This document shows positions 24,684-37,410 of a stretch of 64,000 nt of DNA, one piece after another (positions within the stretch are counted from its first letter, which is position 1; the number at the start of each line of letters is the position of its first letter). This DNA is from Octopus sinensis. Lineage: Eukaryota. The translations under genes were made by a program, and so were the position numbers. Under the pieces are notes generated by a model. That model saw only the letters and a list, made by a program, of their open reading frames with translations, ran no database searches and had not been told where the DNA came from. The stretch spans positions 27,652,001 through 27,716,000 of the forward strand of contig NC_043013.1 in NCBI RefSeq assembly GCF_006345805.1. The letters are read 5' to 3'.

Positions 24684-25942
24684 TATCAGGTCATTAAGAA
24701 TGAAATGTCCGATTTTGAATTGAAAGTTTATTTTACTTATCTCAACAAAAAGCAATGCAATTAATCAAAGTATGCACCTAAATTATCAACACAATTTTGC
24801 CATTTCATTGGTAGCTTATTTATGCCAGCAGTGAAGAATTCTGGAGAGCAAGAGATGATGAAATCATGAAAGGCTGTTTTTGTATCTTCTTCAGATTTGA
24901 AGTTTTTTTCTTGCAAAAAGGTATGAATGCCTGGAAAATGTTATAGTTGGTGCAAGGTCTGGTGAATATGGTGGATGACAGAGTCCTGCCAAGTTCAGTT
25001 CTTGTAACTTGCGTTGCATTCTTTGTGCAACATGTGATTGAGCATTGTCTTGCAAGAGAGTTGGCCAGTCTCTATTGACCAATCTTGGTTGTTTAATTGC
25101 AAGTTCACTCATCATTTCATCCAATTAGTTGATATATACATCCACTGTAACTGACTTAGCAGGTCTCGTGAAGCTGTAGTGGATGACAATAGTGCTAGGC
25201 CACCAAACTGGCACCATTAACTTTTTTTGGTGAATATTCCTATTTGATTGTGTTTTGGCACTTCGTGTCTATGCAACCACTGTGCAGAATACTTGCTATT
25301 GTTGAAAAGAATCCATTTTTCATCACACATAATAACATGATTCAAAAATGGTTTGCTTTCGCTTTTATGCTGTGACAGCAAAGAACAGCAAGTTTCAAGA
25401 TGTTGTGTCATTTGATGCTCATTCAGTTCATGTGGTACCTACTTTTCCAGCTTCTTCACCTTGCCAATTTCTTTTGGAATCGAAAATCAAACCTTGCTCC
25501 TAACTCATGGATAGTTTGAGATGTATCTGCTTCCTCTCAGTTTCCAGTTCATCATTATCCACCTTGATCTTAGGTCTACCACGGGGCTGATTTTCAAGAG
25601 TAAAGTCACCAGACCGGAACTTCTCAAACCATTGATGTACAGTGTGCTTATTTGTCACATCTTCACCAAACACCTCATTGATACTTCGAGCTGTCTGGGA
25701 TGCATTGTTTCCAACTCATATTCATAAACAACATGAATTTTTTTATCTATCCATGGGTTCACAAAAATTGATTTACAAGAGAAAACTCACAATATAATCA
25801 GACACCATGGATTGCATTTCAAAAAGTGATGTAACTCTTCACTGTTGTAAAAGAAAGTATTGTCAGGATAAAACATTAGAGTTAATGACTGTCAAATTTG
25901 GTGCTTAAGAAAATTAGACATTTCATTCTTAATGACCTGATA
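24684..25942 (-). mobile_element. Near full-length degenerate mariner transposon
   Basis: TIRs TATCAGGTCATTAAGAATGAAATGTC / GACATTTCATTCTTAATGACCTGATA. Transposase motifs VPHEL, CDEKWI, LLQDNAQSH and HPPYSPDLAP occur in broken frames. Confidence 0.92.
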
Positions 25943-26269
25943 TATCAAAATGCACTTTGACTGTACTCTTTTGTCATTTTTTCCAAATGATACTGGTCTT
26001 GATAATGCAGACCAACATTGCCATTGTTGGATTCTGTTTAATACATACATATATAGATATATAAGAAAAATATTGATAGAAATCCCATATGTTGTACCCA
26101 GTGCAAGCTATGGGCACTCAAAAACTAAAGTGGAACCACAGGAAGGTTAACAGAGAAAGTAGTCTTTGTATGCAGCAGATGTACCAGAGGAATAAACACT
26201 AAGAACATACAAGAGATAGATTCTCTCCAATTTCCCAGTAGTAGATAATTTCTGTTACTTATGTTACCT

Positions 26270-26745
26270 ACTCAGCAGTGGAGGAGGATGTCTGAAAGTA
26301 TAGTTGCTAGAATAAGAATAAGATAGAAAAAGTTCAGGGTAACAGAAGGTCTTACTCTCAGACTGAAAGGCAAATTGTATGATTCTTGTGTACAAACAGC
26401 AATGCTACATGGTTGTAAGATATAGGCCCTGAATGCAGAGAACATGCAAAGATTAGAAAGAAATGAAGCTAGTTTGCTCTGGTAAATGTGCATATACCAG
26501 TGTAAATGTGTTGAGAAAGGTCATAAAGTGCATTAGATGTTGTGTGCAAGAAATAAAACTGCACAGATGTGGTCCTATGATGTGTATGGATGATGACAGC
26601 TGTATAAGTACCAAGTGGATGGAACTTGTGGAAGAGGAAGACATGATGAAGTTGTGGAACCTGATCTCAAGATGTTCAGTCTCATGGTGAAGGACCAAGA
26701 TGAGTGGAATTTCACTGTGCTCAATAAGAACCATCTGTCATGGTG
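26270..26745 (+). mobile_element. RTE-clade LINE 3' fragment
   Basis: Remnant GLTLRLKGKLYDSCVQTAMLHGC..RLERNEASL.. typical of the RTE ORF C-terminus. Confidence 0.6.
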
Positions 26746-27129
26746 AAAATGCATTTTTTAAAACATTAGGTTTATGTCTATACACTCACCAGACCCTGCT
26801 CCTACACCCAATCTGGTCCCCATCAAGCTTTCCCCACCTTTCATTTTTCTCACATCTATCTCCCCATCACTCTACTAACAATGGCACTATTCAGCTGCTG
26901 TAATCGTATGGCAGGAGATTCTGCACATGTTTCTTCTCCTTTGTGCTACTAGTTACTTCTCTGGAGCCAGTTCCATTTAAAATCTATATTTCATTCTCTG
27001 TGTCATCTCTTTCCATTTTTTCCCTATTAACTTAGGGCCCCAGTTTGAGGATGACCTATTAGTCATATTTCTTTTCTCTCCCATTCTTTCCCCATTAATT
27101 TTGGAAGTTCTGACAAAACTATGAAAAAG

Positions 27130-28040
27130 AAATGCATACTGGAGATTGTCTTTTGTTGCTCCTTTTTTTTTTTTATGTGGTCAAGACTGGAGAAACTAAG
27201 ACCTAGCTTGACTGCTTGAAGTAGTGTAGACTGTTAAGCACACACAAAAGCTATGTGGTGGTGTCATAGAAAAGTTTACCACATTGTAGACTTATATTGC
27301 CCAAGCTACTGTCTCACTACAACTCCTTCCAGCAATAATATGTCATCTTGGTAACAAATACAGTTTACTATTTCTAGTCAGCCATCTGATCTATTCTTGT
27401 TTTTCATTTTATGAGTATAGCTTCTGCTATCTACCGTGTATCTATCACATATTAAGTTCTTGGGCAGTGTGCCAGAGATCTTGTTGCATTATTTATGTAC
27501 ATATTGTTTGCACTGAGTGCACAATATTGAGTTCCTACATCACAAGCAAAAGTACTTCCCAGATGGCATCAGGATTCTGTACCTTTTGTTACTAATTAGT
27601 TCTTTAATTTTCAACTGTTTATATACTCTAGACCATTTTTCCAGGTTTGAAGATTTTCCTGCAGTGCTTTAACAAATTCTGTATTGAGAATTCGGTCATT
27701 GGCATACAAAAGTTACCAAGGGCAACCTATTTCAATTATTAGGGGACTAAGGACAGAGGCCTGTTAAAGACGTAGCTATGCTAACGTGGGTGGGGGTGGT
27801 ACGAGCAGAACTTTTAAAGGGGCGGCACTTTTCATCCTGTTGTAGGCAGTTGCTGTAGGCAATATGTGTTTTTTTGTGGGGTCCGGGGGCAGCAAACAGA
27901 AGGGCTGCCCCAGGTGGTACACACTCCAGCTATGCTAATGTCTAGCTCTACATTAAATACTCCTCTAAACTCTGACAATCCTGACCATTGTGTGAATTGT
28001 ACCCTTTTATATAGTCTGAACATCCCACAAACCATTTAAC
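27130..28040 (-). mobile_element. RTE-clade LINE RT fragment, interrupted by a small inverted-repeat insert (~27765-27940)
   Basis: - strand QASVLSP (QGSVLSP motif), GCPW*LLYAND (YADD motif), and a Cys-rich NSILCTQCKQYVHK segment. Confidence 0.6.
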
Positions 28041-28589
28041 TACTCCTTTATCAACAAAGGCAAAATCATTTGTTGTTTGATATATTTGTAGAGCCAGTCA
28101 AATAAACCAGTATTTGCATCATAGCTAGGCATTCTTGCCTCAATCTCCCATGTCAAATAAATACAAGCTAACAAAGGAGATGTTATCTGATTGCTCAGCA
28201 TGCTAAAGATAGCAACCAGTTTTGCTTTATATCTTACTGTTTTAAAAGATAATAGTCTTATATGCTCCTAAAAACATGGGATGATCATGGCTGGAATGTC
28301 TCTTATAGTAGATCTTTCTCAATTTTTTTAGTTTTTATATCTAACTAGCTCATTCTGTTATTTTGTTTAATAATGTTATGACCTTTATCTGAAGTTTAGT
28401 TTAATTAAACACTCCATTTAGATTAGTGTACATTCAGATCTGTAACCAGTAAAAGATATGAATATTATTTATAAAAAAAAGAATGTAGTTTTATCATGTC
28501 TTTTACTGTATTAAGAACTATAGTAAAATATTCTTCTACCATATAAATCATATAAAAAAACATTGGTGTAATCTTCTCTATCATCTCAG

Positions 28590-28812
28590 ATAGTCATGAA
28601 TGAAGTTGGTGATCCTACAGTGGCTTTGACAGGCTCTACAAATGTAGCAGTCGATGGTGAAGACACTGTCACAACTACTGTTGCTGAAGGGTTGACTGTA
28701 TCGAATTCGGTTATTAATGTCGAACCACCAATAGCAAAACCACCACCTCGGGTTGTAAATACAGCACATTTAATGACACATATTGTCAATCCAGATTTGA
28801 GTGATGACTCAG
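28590..28812 (+). CDS. BANP: BANP coding exon 2 (IVMNEVGDP..DLSDDS)
   Basis: CTCAG acceptor, GTAAGC donor, phase 0/1, open frame. Confidence 0.8.
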
Positions 28813-30262
28813 GTAAGCTAAATTTTATCATTTTTTTCTTGTTGTCTTTATGTTATCTACCATTTGGCCTTATGTGATTTGCTCAATTAAAAGTTTATTT
28901 GATTTCTATCTTGTCACTTGTATGATTTGAGAGTGTCAGCTCAGACTGTTTGGTCATGTTGCTTGATTTTCCGAGTTAGACCCTTTGTATTGTGTCCTGT
29001 TCTCTGAGGATCCAGCTCATGTTGGTTAGCGATATGCCACATGGTTGCAGTGGATGAGGAAGTATCTCACAGAGATGAGGACTGAATGGAACATTGCTTG
29101 AATGGTTGCCCAGAATGACCTGAGCAAATACTGACAAATAGTGGATGCAGCAGTGCCTTCAGTCCATTAATAGGCAATACTTGCCAATTAATGCATCATT
29201 AAAATTTGTTTGTCTTTTGTATTCTTTTGAGTTGGTTTGCATCAGTGATGTTATTTTTATAAGATATTTTACTTCATACAAGCCAAAAGTGATAAAAGTC
29301 CAGTTTGAATTTATGTTGTTGAAACATTATGAGTCAGCCAATGTGAAAATCTTTTCTGTTAGAAATACAGGCTAAAATAACTGGGCAGAGGATTGGTTGA
29401 ATTATTAGAGTCTTGGACAAAATGTACCTTGCAATATCTTTTCAGCTTTTTACATTTTGAGTTTAAATCCCATCATGGTTGACTTTGCCTTTCATTCCTA
29501 CAGGTTTCATAAAATAAAATACTGGGGCTAATGTTATTTACTGTCCTCCTCTTCTCAAAATTGCTGGCATCATGGCCAAGATCAACTTTACCTTTCAATT
29601 CTCTGGGTCAGTGAAATAAAATACCGTTTAAGCCCTCGAGGTTGATGATGTTCACTCATCTGCTCAAAATTGCTGGTCTTTTACCTAAATTACCAACCAA
29701 AGGAGGCAAGCTGGCAGAGTTGCTAGCATGCCAGACAAAATGTTAAGTGGCATTTCTTTTGGTTTTATGATATGAGTTGAAATTCCACTGAGGTTGTCTT
29801 TCATTCTTTTGGGGTACCTGTTGAGTACTGGGGTTGATGTAATCAACTAGTGCTCTCCACCAACATTTTAGACTTTGTGCATAGAGTAGAAAGAATTATT
29901 ATTATCAGTGGAATATAGGATATATCCAGTTTTCACTTTGAAGTTCATCCCTTCATCTTTCTTTGGCTAAGAAGGCAGATGATGAAAGAGGTTGTGTAGT
30001 TGACACAACTTGAAGGACTAAATATAGTCTCTATTCTCTTTGGCCAAGCTTTCATCAAATTCTTCATTTTCACTTGAAGAGGAAAGTACTGTCATACAGT
30101 AAATATGTTGAAAGGTGGGGGAGAATGGCGAACGTGGCTCAAATGAATGAGCATACTCTAAACATGTAACTGTAGATTGGGAGATGACAACTGAGAAGAG
30201 GCACTCACTGTTGTTGGCCAGGGCAATCCAGATTTATTTTCATTCTATATACATGATTGCAG

Positions 30263-30360
30263 TTTTTTCTGGAGATGATGATTCCTGTGATGGGGAGCCA
30301 GCAGAGAAGCGGATGAAGTTAGAACAAGATATCAATATTGATATGGACCAATCGTTAAAG
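30263..30360 (+). CDS. BANP: BANP coding exon 3 (..DGEPAEKRMKLEQ..SLK)
   Basis: TTGCAG acceptor and GTAAAA donor. EPAEKRMKLE resembles the BANP EPALKRQRLE NLS-like motif. Confidence 0.85.
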
Positions 30361-31003
30361 GTAAAAGATAATATTTTGTTAGACATATTTTTAATGAACA
30401 TTTCACAACCTCTTTCATTCTTTTTCTAAGGTCTTCTATCAATGCTTGAAGTCATTGTTTTTGTATGATGATTTTTTCATCCTAGTAACCTTATCTATGG
30501 AGATGAAACATTTTTAACACTACATTTTAATTAGTTTGATCTCTGTTCTAGCTGGAATCCTGTCAGGTTCTGTGTATGTAACCAAGAATAAGAAGAGACT
30601 TGATGATGATCAGAGATCAAGCTTGTAGACATAAATATTAAAACCGGTTTCATTTCTAAAGATGAGGTTAACAAAAAAACAACAACATTAGAATCATGTC
30701 AACAATAGCTCATTTTAAACATTTAAGGCATTATTACCTGATGTTATTGTGCATATTTGTGAAAGTATTGTAGAGCAGTGAGATTAAACCCAGAACCATG
30801 TACCTGAGAAGCAAACTTCTCAAGACACAGCCATGTGCTATTAAATAACAGAACAAAGCACTTACTACAATCACAGAACTCAATTTTCTCCAAATTTGTT
30901 ATTAGAGAATAATTTATAAATTCATAACATTATGTGTACTAAAAAAAAAATCTATTGTATCATTTTAATTGAAAAATCAACAAAAATACTTCTTATTTTG
31001 CAG

Positions 31004-31173
31004 CAAATTTTATTTAATATCAACAAGGCAATCTGTTTAAGGCTTGATAGTATAGAAAACAAGCTTGAAAATGTTGGATTACGAACAAAATATTTGGAAG
31101 TTAAACTACTAGATTTGGTAAATCAGAATAAGACTGGCAGTAGCAATACAAATTCATACGCTATGAAACGAGG
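31004..31173 (+). CDS. BANP: BANP coding exon 4 (coiled coil, INKAICLRLDSIENKL)
   Basis: Matches vertebrate BANP INQTICLRLDSIEAKL, with canonical splice sites. Confidence 0.92.
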
Positions 31174-31351
31174 GTAAGTAATCTGAGGAGTAAAATTGTT
31201 TTTGAATGCTACATGGTAAATTTTGTAAACTGCTTTTAAATTTAATGAAATGCTAATGAAGTATTTTTTTTTTTTGGTGCTTAATATAGTAAACATACAT
31301 TTTAGATTGAGATTTAAAGGCAATTTTGGATTTTTTCTTCAAATATTTCAG

Positions 31352-31416
31352 CTCCACATCTCCTTCACGACGTTCCGGTGCCCTTATCGTTGGTCTTCCA
31401 CAAGACAGAAATAGTG
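31352..31416 (+). CDS. BANP: BANP coding exon 5 (STSPSRRSGALIVGLPQDRNS)
   Basis: TTTCAG acceptor, GTATGT donor; phase 2/1 fits its neighbours. Confidence 0.78.
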
Positions 31417-32867
31417 GTATGTTTTTCTTGTTTTTGTTTTTATTTTGACTATTTTCAATGATTTTGCATTTATTTCTAAGTAGTTTCAATGTTGTTTATC
31501 TCTGGCTCCCATAAGTTAGGAGTAGAAGGAACAAAATTCAAATAATTCAAATTTTCCTTGAAAAATGAAACAGACAAATATAATGTTTATTACTGGATTA
31601 TCTCTTGCTAGATTGATCAGCCTCATTGGATATAATGGAACTCATTTGCATGGGATTAACTACATACATACACACATGTACACACATACACACACACCAC
31701 CACCACTACCATCGTTTAATGTCTGCTTTCTGTGTTGGCATGTATGGGACAGTTTGACAGGAGCCGGCCAAGCAGAAGCCTGCACCAGACTTCTGTGGCT
31801 GTTTTGGCAGGAGTTTTACAGCTGGATGTCCTTCTTAACACCAACCACTCAGCAGAATGGACTTAATGCTTTTTATGTGGCACAAGCACAGGTGAGATCA
31901 GTTTTGGCAAGGTTTTTATAGCTGGATACCCTTCCAAATGCCAACCACTTTACAGTGTTGACCTGGTGCTTTTTAAGTGGCACCTGCGCTGACAGGTTCA
32001 CCAAGTACCTTGCAAGACAAAAAAAAAAATTAAAAAATTAAAAAAATCTTTTGAGAGGGAGAAATCATTGGAAGAGGTGATCTTGTGTCAGATGATGAAA
32101 TGTTATAGTGAGATCGAGAGACAGAAACTAGTACTTTGCTGTAGAGGAGGTACAGGGTTATCTGACTGGAGAGAGAGAGAGAGAGAGAGATGAGAAGTGA
32201 AGACAGAAACAAGTGTGCTGCTGCAAAGGAGATATACAGTTATCCAACCTGAGAGAAGTGCAAAAGAAGGAGAGAGAGAGAGAGAGAGTGAGAGACAGCA
32301 GGATAGAGACGGCAGCAAAGTGCTGGGCATACTCATAAGAGGCGGATCAGAATATAAATGGGATGGTTGAGTAAAGAAGAGAGAAATATAGATGGTGGCA
32401 AGTGCCAGGGCATGCCCTTCAAGTTCAAACATTATAATGTAAGTGGCAGGATATTGCAAAAGAAGCATGATTAGAATGTGGTGGGTGGGGGTGAGTGGTG
32501 AAAACCTGGGTATATATAGAGTGAGGATGCTACTGGATAGCAATGATACAGAGAAACAGGGCCATGAGGACAGGATTGAGGAGTAGAGGTAGGCATAGTG
32601 TATTAGGGAGTGGGTGGTAAGCCTAGTGCATGAAGTGGAAATGTGAGGAAGAGAAGAGATGTAGTTTAGTTTGTTGTGGTAGGGTGTGTGAGAGGTTTTC
32701 TTATTAAGTGTGAGTGGGACACACAGCACTTCTAGAACTCAGTTTTGCTGACATGAGCAGGTCTTCTCGACAACCTCTTATTGCCAGACATCTCGGTCGG
32801 TCCATTGATCCAGGAAGATGTGGGATGGAGTGATAAAGACTGATCTCAAGATGTTGGGCCTCACAGA

Positions 32868-32900
<33 letters not shown>

Positions 32901-33245
32901 CATCATAATCGTTTAATGTCTGTTTTCTGTGCTGGCATGGGCTGGACAGTTTGAAGGAGTTCACGAACTGGAGAGCTGCACTAGGCTTTGTCTGTTTTTA
33001 CAGAGTTTCTACACTTGGATGCCCTTCGTTGGTAGTCTAATTATGCTTGGATAATGATTAGGGGTTTCTAGTTTTTGGAGGTTCTGTCACACACACACAC
33101 ACACACACACATAGGATTGTATGTATATATAAGAGATGAATAACAGTATGCCAACAATAGCTAACTTAGACAGACATAATTTAGTAAGCAAAGACAATCA
33201 TGCGTTATAAATTTATGTATTAATATATGCTTATTTGTTTTTCAG

Positions 33246-33269
33246 AGGATGAGAGTCAATTTCAGAAAG
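33246..33269 (+). CDS. BANP: BANP putative 24-nt microexon (EDESQFQK)
   Basis: TTTGTTTTTCAG acceptor, AG|GTAATT donor, symmetric phase 1, in frame. Confidence 0.55.
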
Positions 33270-33335
33270 GTAATTCATATTTTACAATTTTGGTCTTTTG
33301 GTCTTTACCCAACCTTCACAACCATAGGTGAGTAT

Positions 33336-33521
33336 ATGAGGGGGTGCTGAAAAGTTCCTGGCCCAACCTTCCAAGTTCTTTTACAGGGTTTAGAAAAACT
33401 GAAGGATCGTTGCAATAAGTGTGTGAATCTGAGAGGGGAATATGTTGAATAAAATCATAATTAACTGATTCTCCTGTATTTTCTTTTATCCAGAGCCAGG
33501 AACTTTTCAGTATCCCCTCAT
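33336..33521. mobile_element. Mariner-derived MITE
   Basis: TIRs ATGAGGGGGTGCTGAAAAGTTCCTGGC / GCCAGGAACTTTTCAGTATCCCCTCAT. The interior encodes RCNKCVNLRGEYVE*, like a mariner transposase C-terminus. Confidence 0.8.
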
Positions 33522-33559
33522 TGTTATGAAAACCAAATTAAAGACAGCAAATTTGGCTC

Positions 33560-33790
33560 TGTTTTTTTACTAACCTCTTCTCTTCTGAGGATCGAATGCT
33601 GAACTGGTACACCTGCAATTCTAGCATCTAATTCAGTCTTCTGTCTCCAATCACTTGTGAATACAACTCTGAAATACTTCAACTTTTCCACTTGCATTAG
33701 TGATGTACCACAAACATGCTAAGTGCACTGGGAGGACTTTCTTTAAAGGACCAATGTGTCTCGGTTTTCTCAACATGTTACTTGAAGATA
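33560..33790 (-). mobile_element. RTE-type LINE fragment
   Basis: - strand QVEKLKYFRVVFTSDWRQKTELDARIAG resembles the RTE 'V..FKYLG' region. Confidence 0.5.
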
Positions 33791-34241
33791 AAATCCTCTT
33801 TATTGATCAGAAAAAAATCATATGTTTAAGGGATATTTTCAGTGACTATGTTGAGAATGACTCCTTATTGACTAACAAATATTTTGTAACTATGCAGCCT
33901 TTTTACCTAAAATACATCCACACTTTATTTTTGTAATTCTTTTTTTTTACTTGTTTTAAATTTATTCAAAATAATATTTTCATTTCATTTCATCTTCTTT
34001 ACAATTCTCGAACAAATTAATCATTTTTCAAAAAGAAAATACATTGTCAAGTTTCACTCTCCCCTTCCCTTTAGTGTTTTTATCTTCGTTTAGATAATTC
34101 AGATGTTTTTTATTGAACCAGTTGATTTTACAGCTGGATGCCTCTCATGCTAATTGCTACTTAGTTGTAAAATATGCCATGTTTATCTGTCTTACTTTTT
34201 TTTAGATCATGCAGTGTTATTTTATTTATTTTTCTTTTTAG

Positions 34242-34298
34242 GAATAGATTCTGATATCTTACAAACCATGCAATTAGAAAACAAAGACAAAAAAGGCA
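34242..34298 (+). CDS. BANP: BANP coding exon 7 (GIDSDILQTMQLENKDKKG)
   Basis: Strong pyrimidine tract plus AG, GTATGT donor at 34299, symmetric phase 1. Confidence 0.68.
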
Positions 34299-35210
34299 GT
34301 ATGTATATAAATTCTTTTATATGTGTGTTTATGTAATCTTATTTTCTTAAACTTGCAATTTCTGTCTGTGGTTAACTTTTGAAGCTTATGTATAAATTTC
34401 AGTATACATCATCATCGTTGTCACCATTTACCACCCACTTTCCCTTTTGTGTATGGTTCAGGCAGAATTTGTTGAGGCAGATTTTCTACGGCTGAATGCT
34501 CTTCCTGTTGCTAACCATTACCTATCTTTAAGCAAGATAGTATTTCCCCATGGCTGGAAACAAACAACCTCGCTTGTATGATGATGATGCTCATCTACAA
34601 CCATCACATGATGATTGCCTAGACAATGGCACACACAAACATGTATTTACATATATGACAGGCTTCTTTAAGTTTCCATCTTGTAAATTCACTCACAAGC
34701 CTGGAGCTGTAGTAGAAGACATTTATTCATGATGCTGTGCAGTGGGACTGAACCCAAGACCACATGGTGGGGAAGCAAGTTTCTTAACCAGACAGCCATG
34801 CCTGTGGCTATATCTTAGCATAATAATATTTTATCCATCCTCCAATATACATATATATTAAAAACACACACAATCATCATCATCATCATTTAACATCTGC
34901 CATCCATGCTGGCATGGTTTAGACGATTTGACAGGGGCTGGCCAGGTAGAAGACTATACCAGGCTACTGTTTTGACATGTTTTTATGGCTAGATGCTCTT
35001 CCTAACACCAACTCTCCTGCAGAGTGCACTGAGTGTTTTTTTACGTGGTACCAGTACATAAAAAGCACATATATGTGTGTGTGCATGTGTGTGAAATATA
35101 TTTTACGTTCAGGATGTAGCTATTTTGCTTATTTTTCCCAACAACATCCAGTGTAACTTGCACATTTAAAATCTAAATTTTTTTCATATATTTTTTACTT
35201 ATTTTTCCAG

Positions 35211-35303
35211 AGTTGTTGACTCCCAGTGATTTCAATTCAAATGTGGATAGTAACTTCAGAAACATTGGTCCAAATGTTACATTAATAACATTAAATTCTG
35301 AAG
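35211..35303 (+). CDS. BANP: BANP coding exon 8 (..GPNVTLITLNSE)
   Basis: NVTLITLNSE matches vertebrate BANP as recalled, with canonical sites. Confidence 0.92.
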
Positions 35304-36596
35304 GTAACTATATTCCAGTTTCACTTTTAGATTTGTGTTTCTGTTTTATTTGTATCATAATTTTTAATTAGAAAAAAAAACCAGAATCCAGAAAAACTCA
35401 TGGGAACACTTTTAGCAAAAATTATGTAATAAAGTTTGTAAATTTAGATTAGTTTGTATCAGGTCAGGAATGGAAGCATGCAGTGTTGCAGTGCATTGCT
35501 ACATCTACTATTTGATGGCATTGCTTGGGTCATCCCAGGCAACCCTCCAGGCAGTGTCCCAGTCACTCCCTCATCTCTGAGATATTTTCTCATCTGCTGT
35601 AAACATGTGTGTGGCATGTGGTCTGCTAACATGAACTGTCACACCAGCCAGATCCTCAGAGAGGAGAACACACTATGCAGGATCCAACTCAGAAAACTGA
35701 GTAGCATTGCCAAACAGTCTAAGCTGAGACTCTCAAACCATACAAATAATAGGATGCATCCCAGTCTCTGAGTATAGTCGTTAGATGGATACTAAATCCA
35801 ACCAACAGTAAGCCATAATCCTGCGAAGCATCCTAGTGCCTTGGACAGTGTTAAAGTTTACATTAAAATTTGAATACAGATGTTTCAAGTGAAATCCTTC
35901 TTGGAGAGAATAATTTAGACTGTTTAAAATAGCATTATGCAAATAAGTGTTCAACTTGACAAATGCGACCCATTTAATACCAACCCAGGTGAAACTGCAT
36001 CTGGTTCTTTGATACAAACTTCCTGTTTTAAAGTGATCTAAATTAAAACATTCCATCAAAATTTCATGCTAATTTGTTCCAAACACCAGGTTAATAATGG
36101 CAAAGTTATTTTACTAAATTTCTCATTATTTTCAAAATGATTTGAAACAAAGGCTGTGTTTTTTAATGGAAATATGGTGATGAAAGGGTTTGTTTGCTTA
36201 GCATTTCTGTCGGTTTAGAAGAGTAGTGTGTCTTTAATAGCGAAACAAAGAGACAATGAACGTTTTTTGGGATTAAACGTAATTATTGTATTATGAAATG
36301 AATGCTTTATGTTTAAATATCAGTTTGCTAAATTTAAAAATAATTTAGAGAATTAGAAATAGATAAGAGTAATTAAGACTATAAGTGAAAAGAGCTTGCA
36401 TTGATTTTGGTACCGAGGCTGCACTTTTACAATTAACAGTCCTACCTCTTTGCTATATCATAGTGCCAATGGCTGAGTATTCTACTGACATGTCTCTGTT
36501 TGTCTGTCTGTCATGATGGTGTATGGTTATACAAATATAACTGCTTTTCAGAACATTTTATGTTTTTTTTTTAATATTTTTCTTTTCACTTTTTAG

Positions 36597-36672
36597 AGGA
36601 TTATCCAAATGGGTGCTGGCTTGGTGATGAGCTTAATCTTGAAATGCGGGTGCGTGTGCCTATATCTTCAAG
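36597..36672 (+). CDS. BANP: BANP coding exon 9 (EDYPNGCWLGDELNLEMRVRVPI)
   Basis: Matches BANP EDYPNGTWLGDENNPEMRVR. Confidence 0.93.
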
Positions 36673-37246
36673 GTAAATATTTTTATTGTTCATAAATCAC
36701 TTCTCATTTTTAGTTGTTATTGTTTTCTATTCCAACCTGTTTTTGGATTGTAATGTGAAACTGTTCATTTTTAAAGTTTACATGTTTAAATTAAATCCTT
36801 TTGTTGTGATTTTATGTAAGAACACTTTATGAAGTTATTTTCCAAACACTAGTTTCAAAATGACAAAGTTATTTTCGTAAATTCCTGAAAATTCTTGTGT
36901 TGCACCTTGGGTGAGTGTCTTCTACTATAACCCCAAACTGACTAAAGCCTTGTGAATGGATTTGATAGACAGAAGCTGAAAAAAAACTCATCGTATCTAT
37001 CTATATATATATATTTATGTGTATGTGTGTGTGTTTATGCTTCTGTTTGTCCCCCATCATTGTTTGACAACTGCTATTGGTATCTTTTTTTTTTTCAGAC
37101 ATCTTCAAGGTCTGGTGTCACTCCTTAGAAACAAATAACTTACAAAAGGAATTCTATGATGTTTGATTAAAAAAAAATCATTCTGTTAAACACAGAACAT
37201 TTCAAACTTTATCTTTTGTTTTGAACTCCTATTTATCTTCTTTCAG

Positions 37247-37410
37247 TGACCTTCTTCATATTCATTCTAATTGTCGAACAGCTGAAAAAATGGCATTGAC
37301 TCTACTTGATTATTTGTTTGACCGAGAAACACAAGCTTGTTCTAATCTGTCTGGTATGGGTAAACATGGCAAGAAGCAGTTGGATCCTTTGATGATCTAT
37401 GGCATATGGT
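37247..37410 (+). CDS. BANP: BANP coding exon 10, BEN domain
   Basis: DLLHIHSNCRTAEKMALTLLDYLFDRETQACSNLSGMGKHGKKQLDPLMIYGI is near-identical to the vertebrate BANP BEN domain. Confidence 0.96.
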
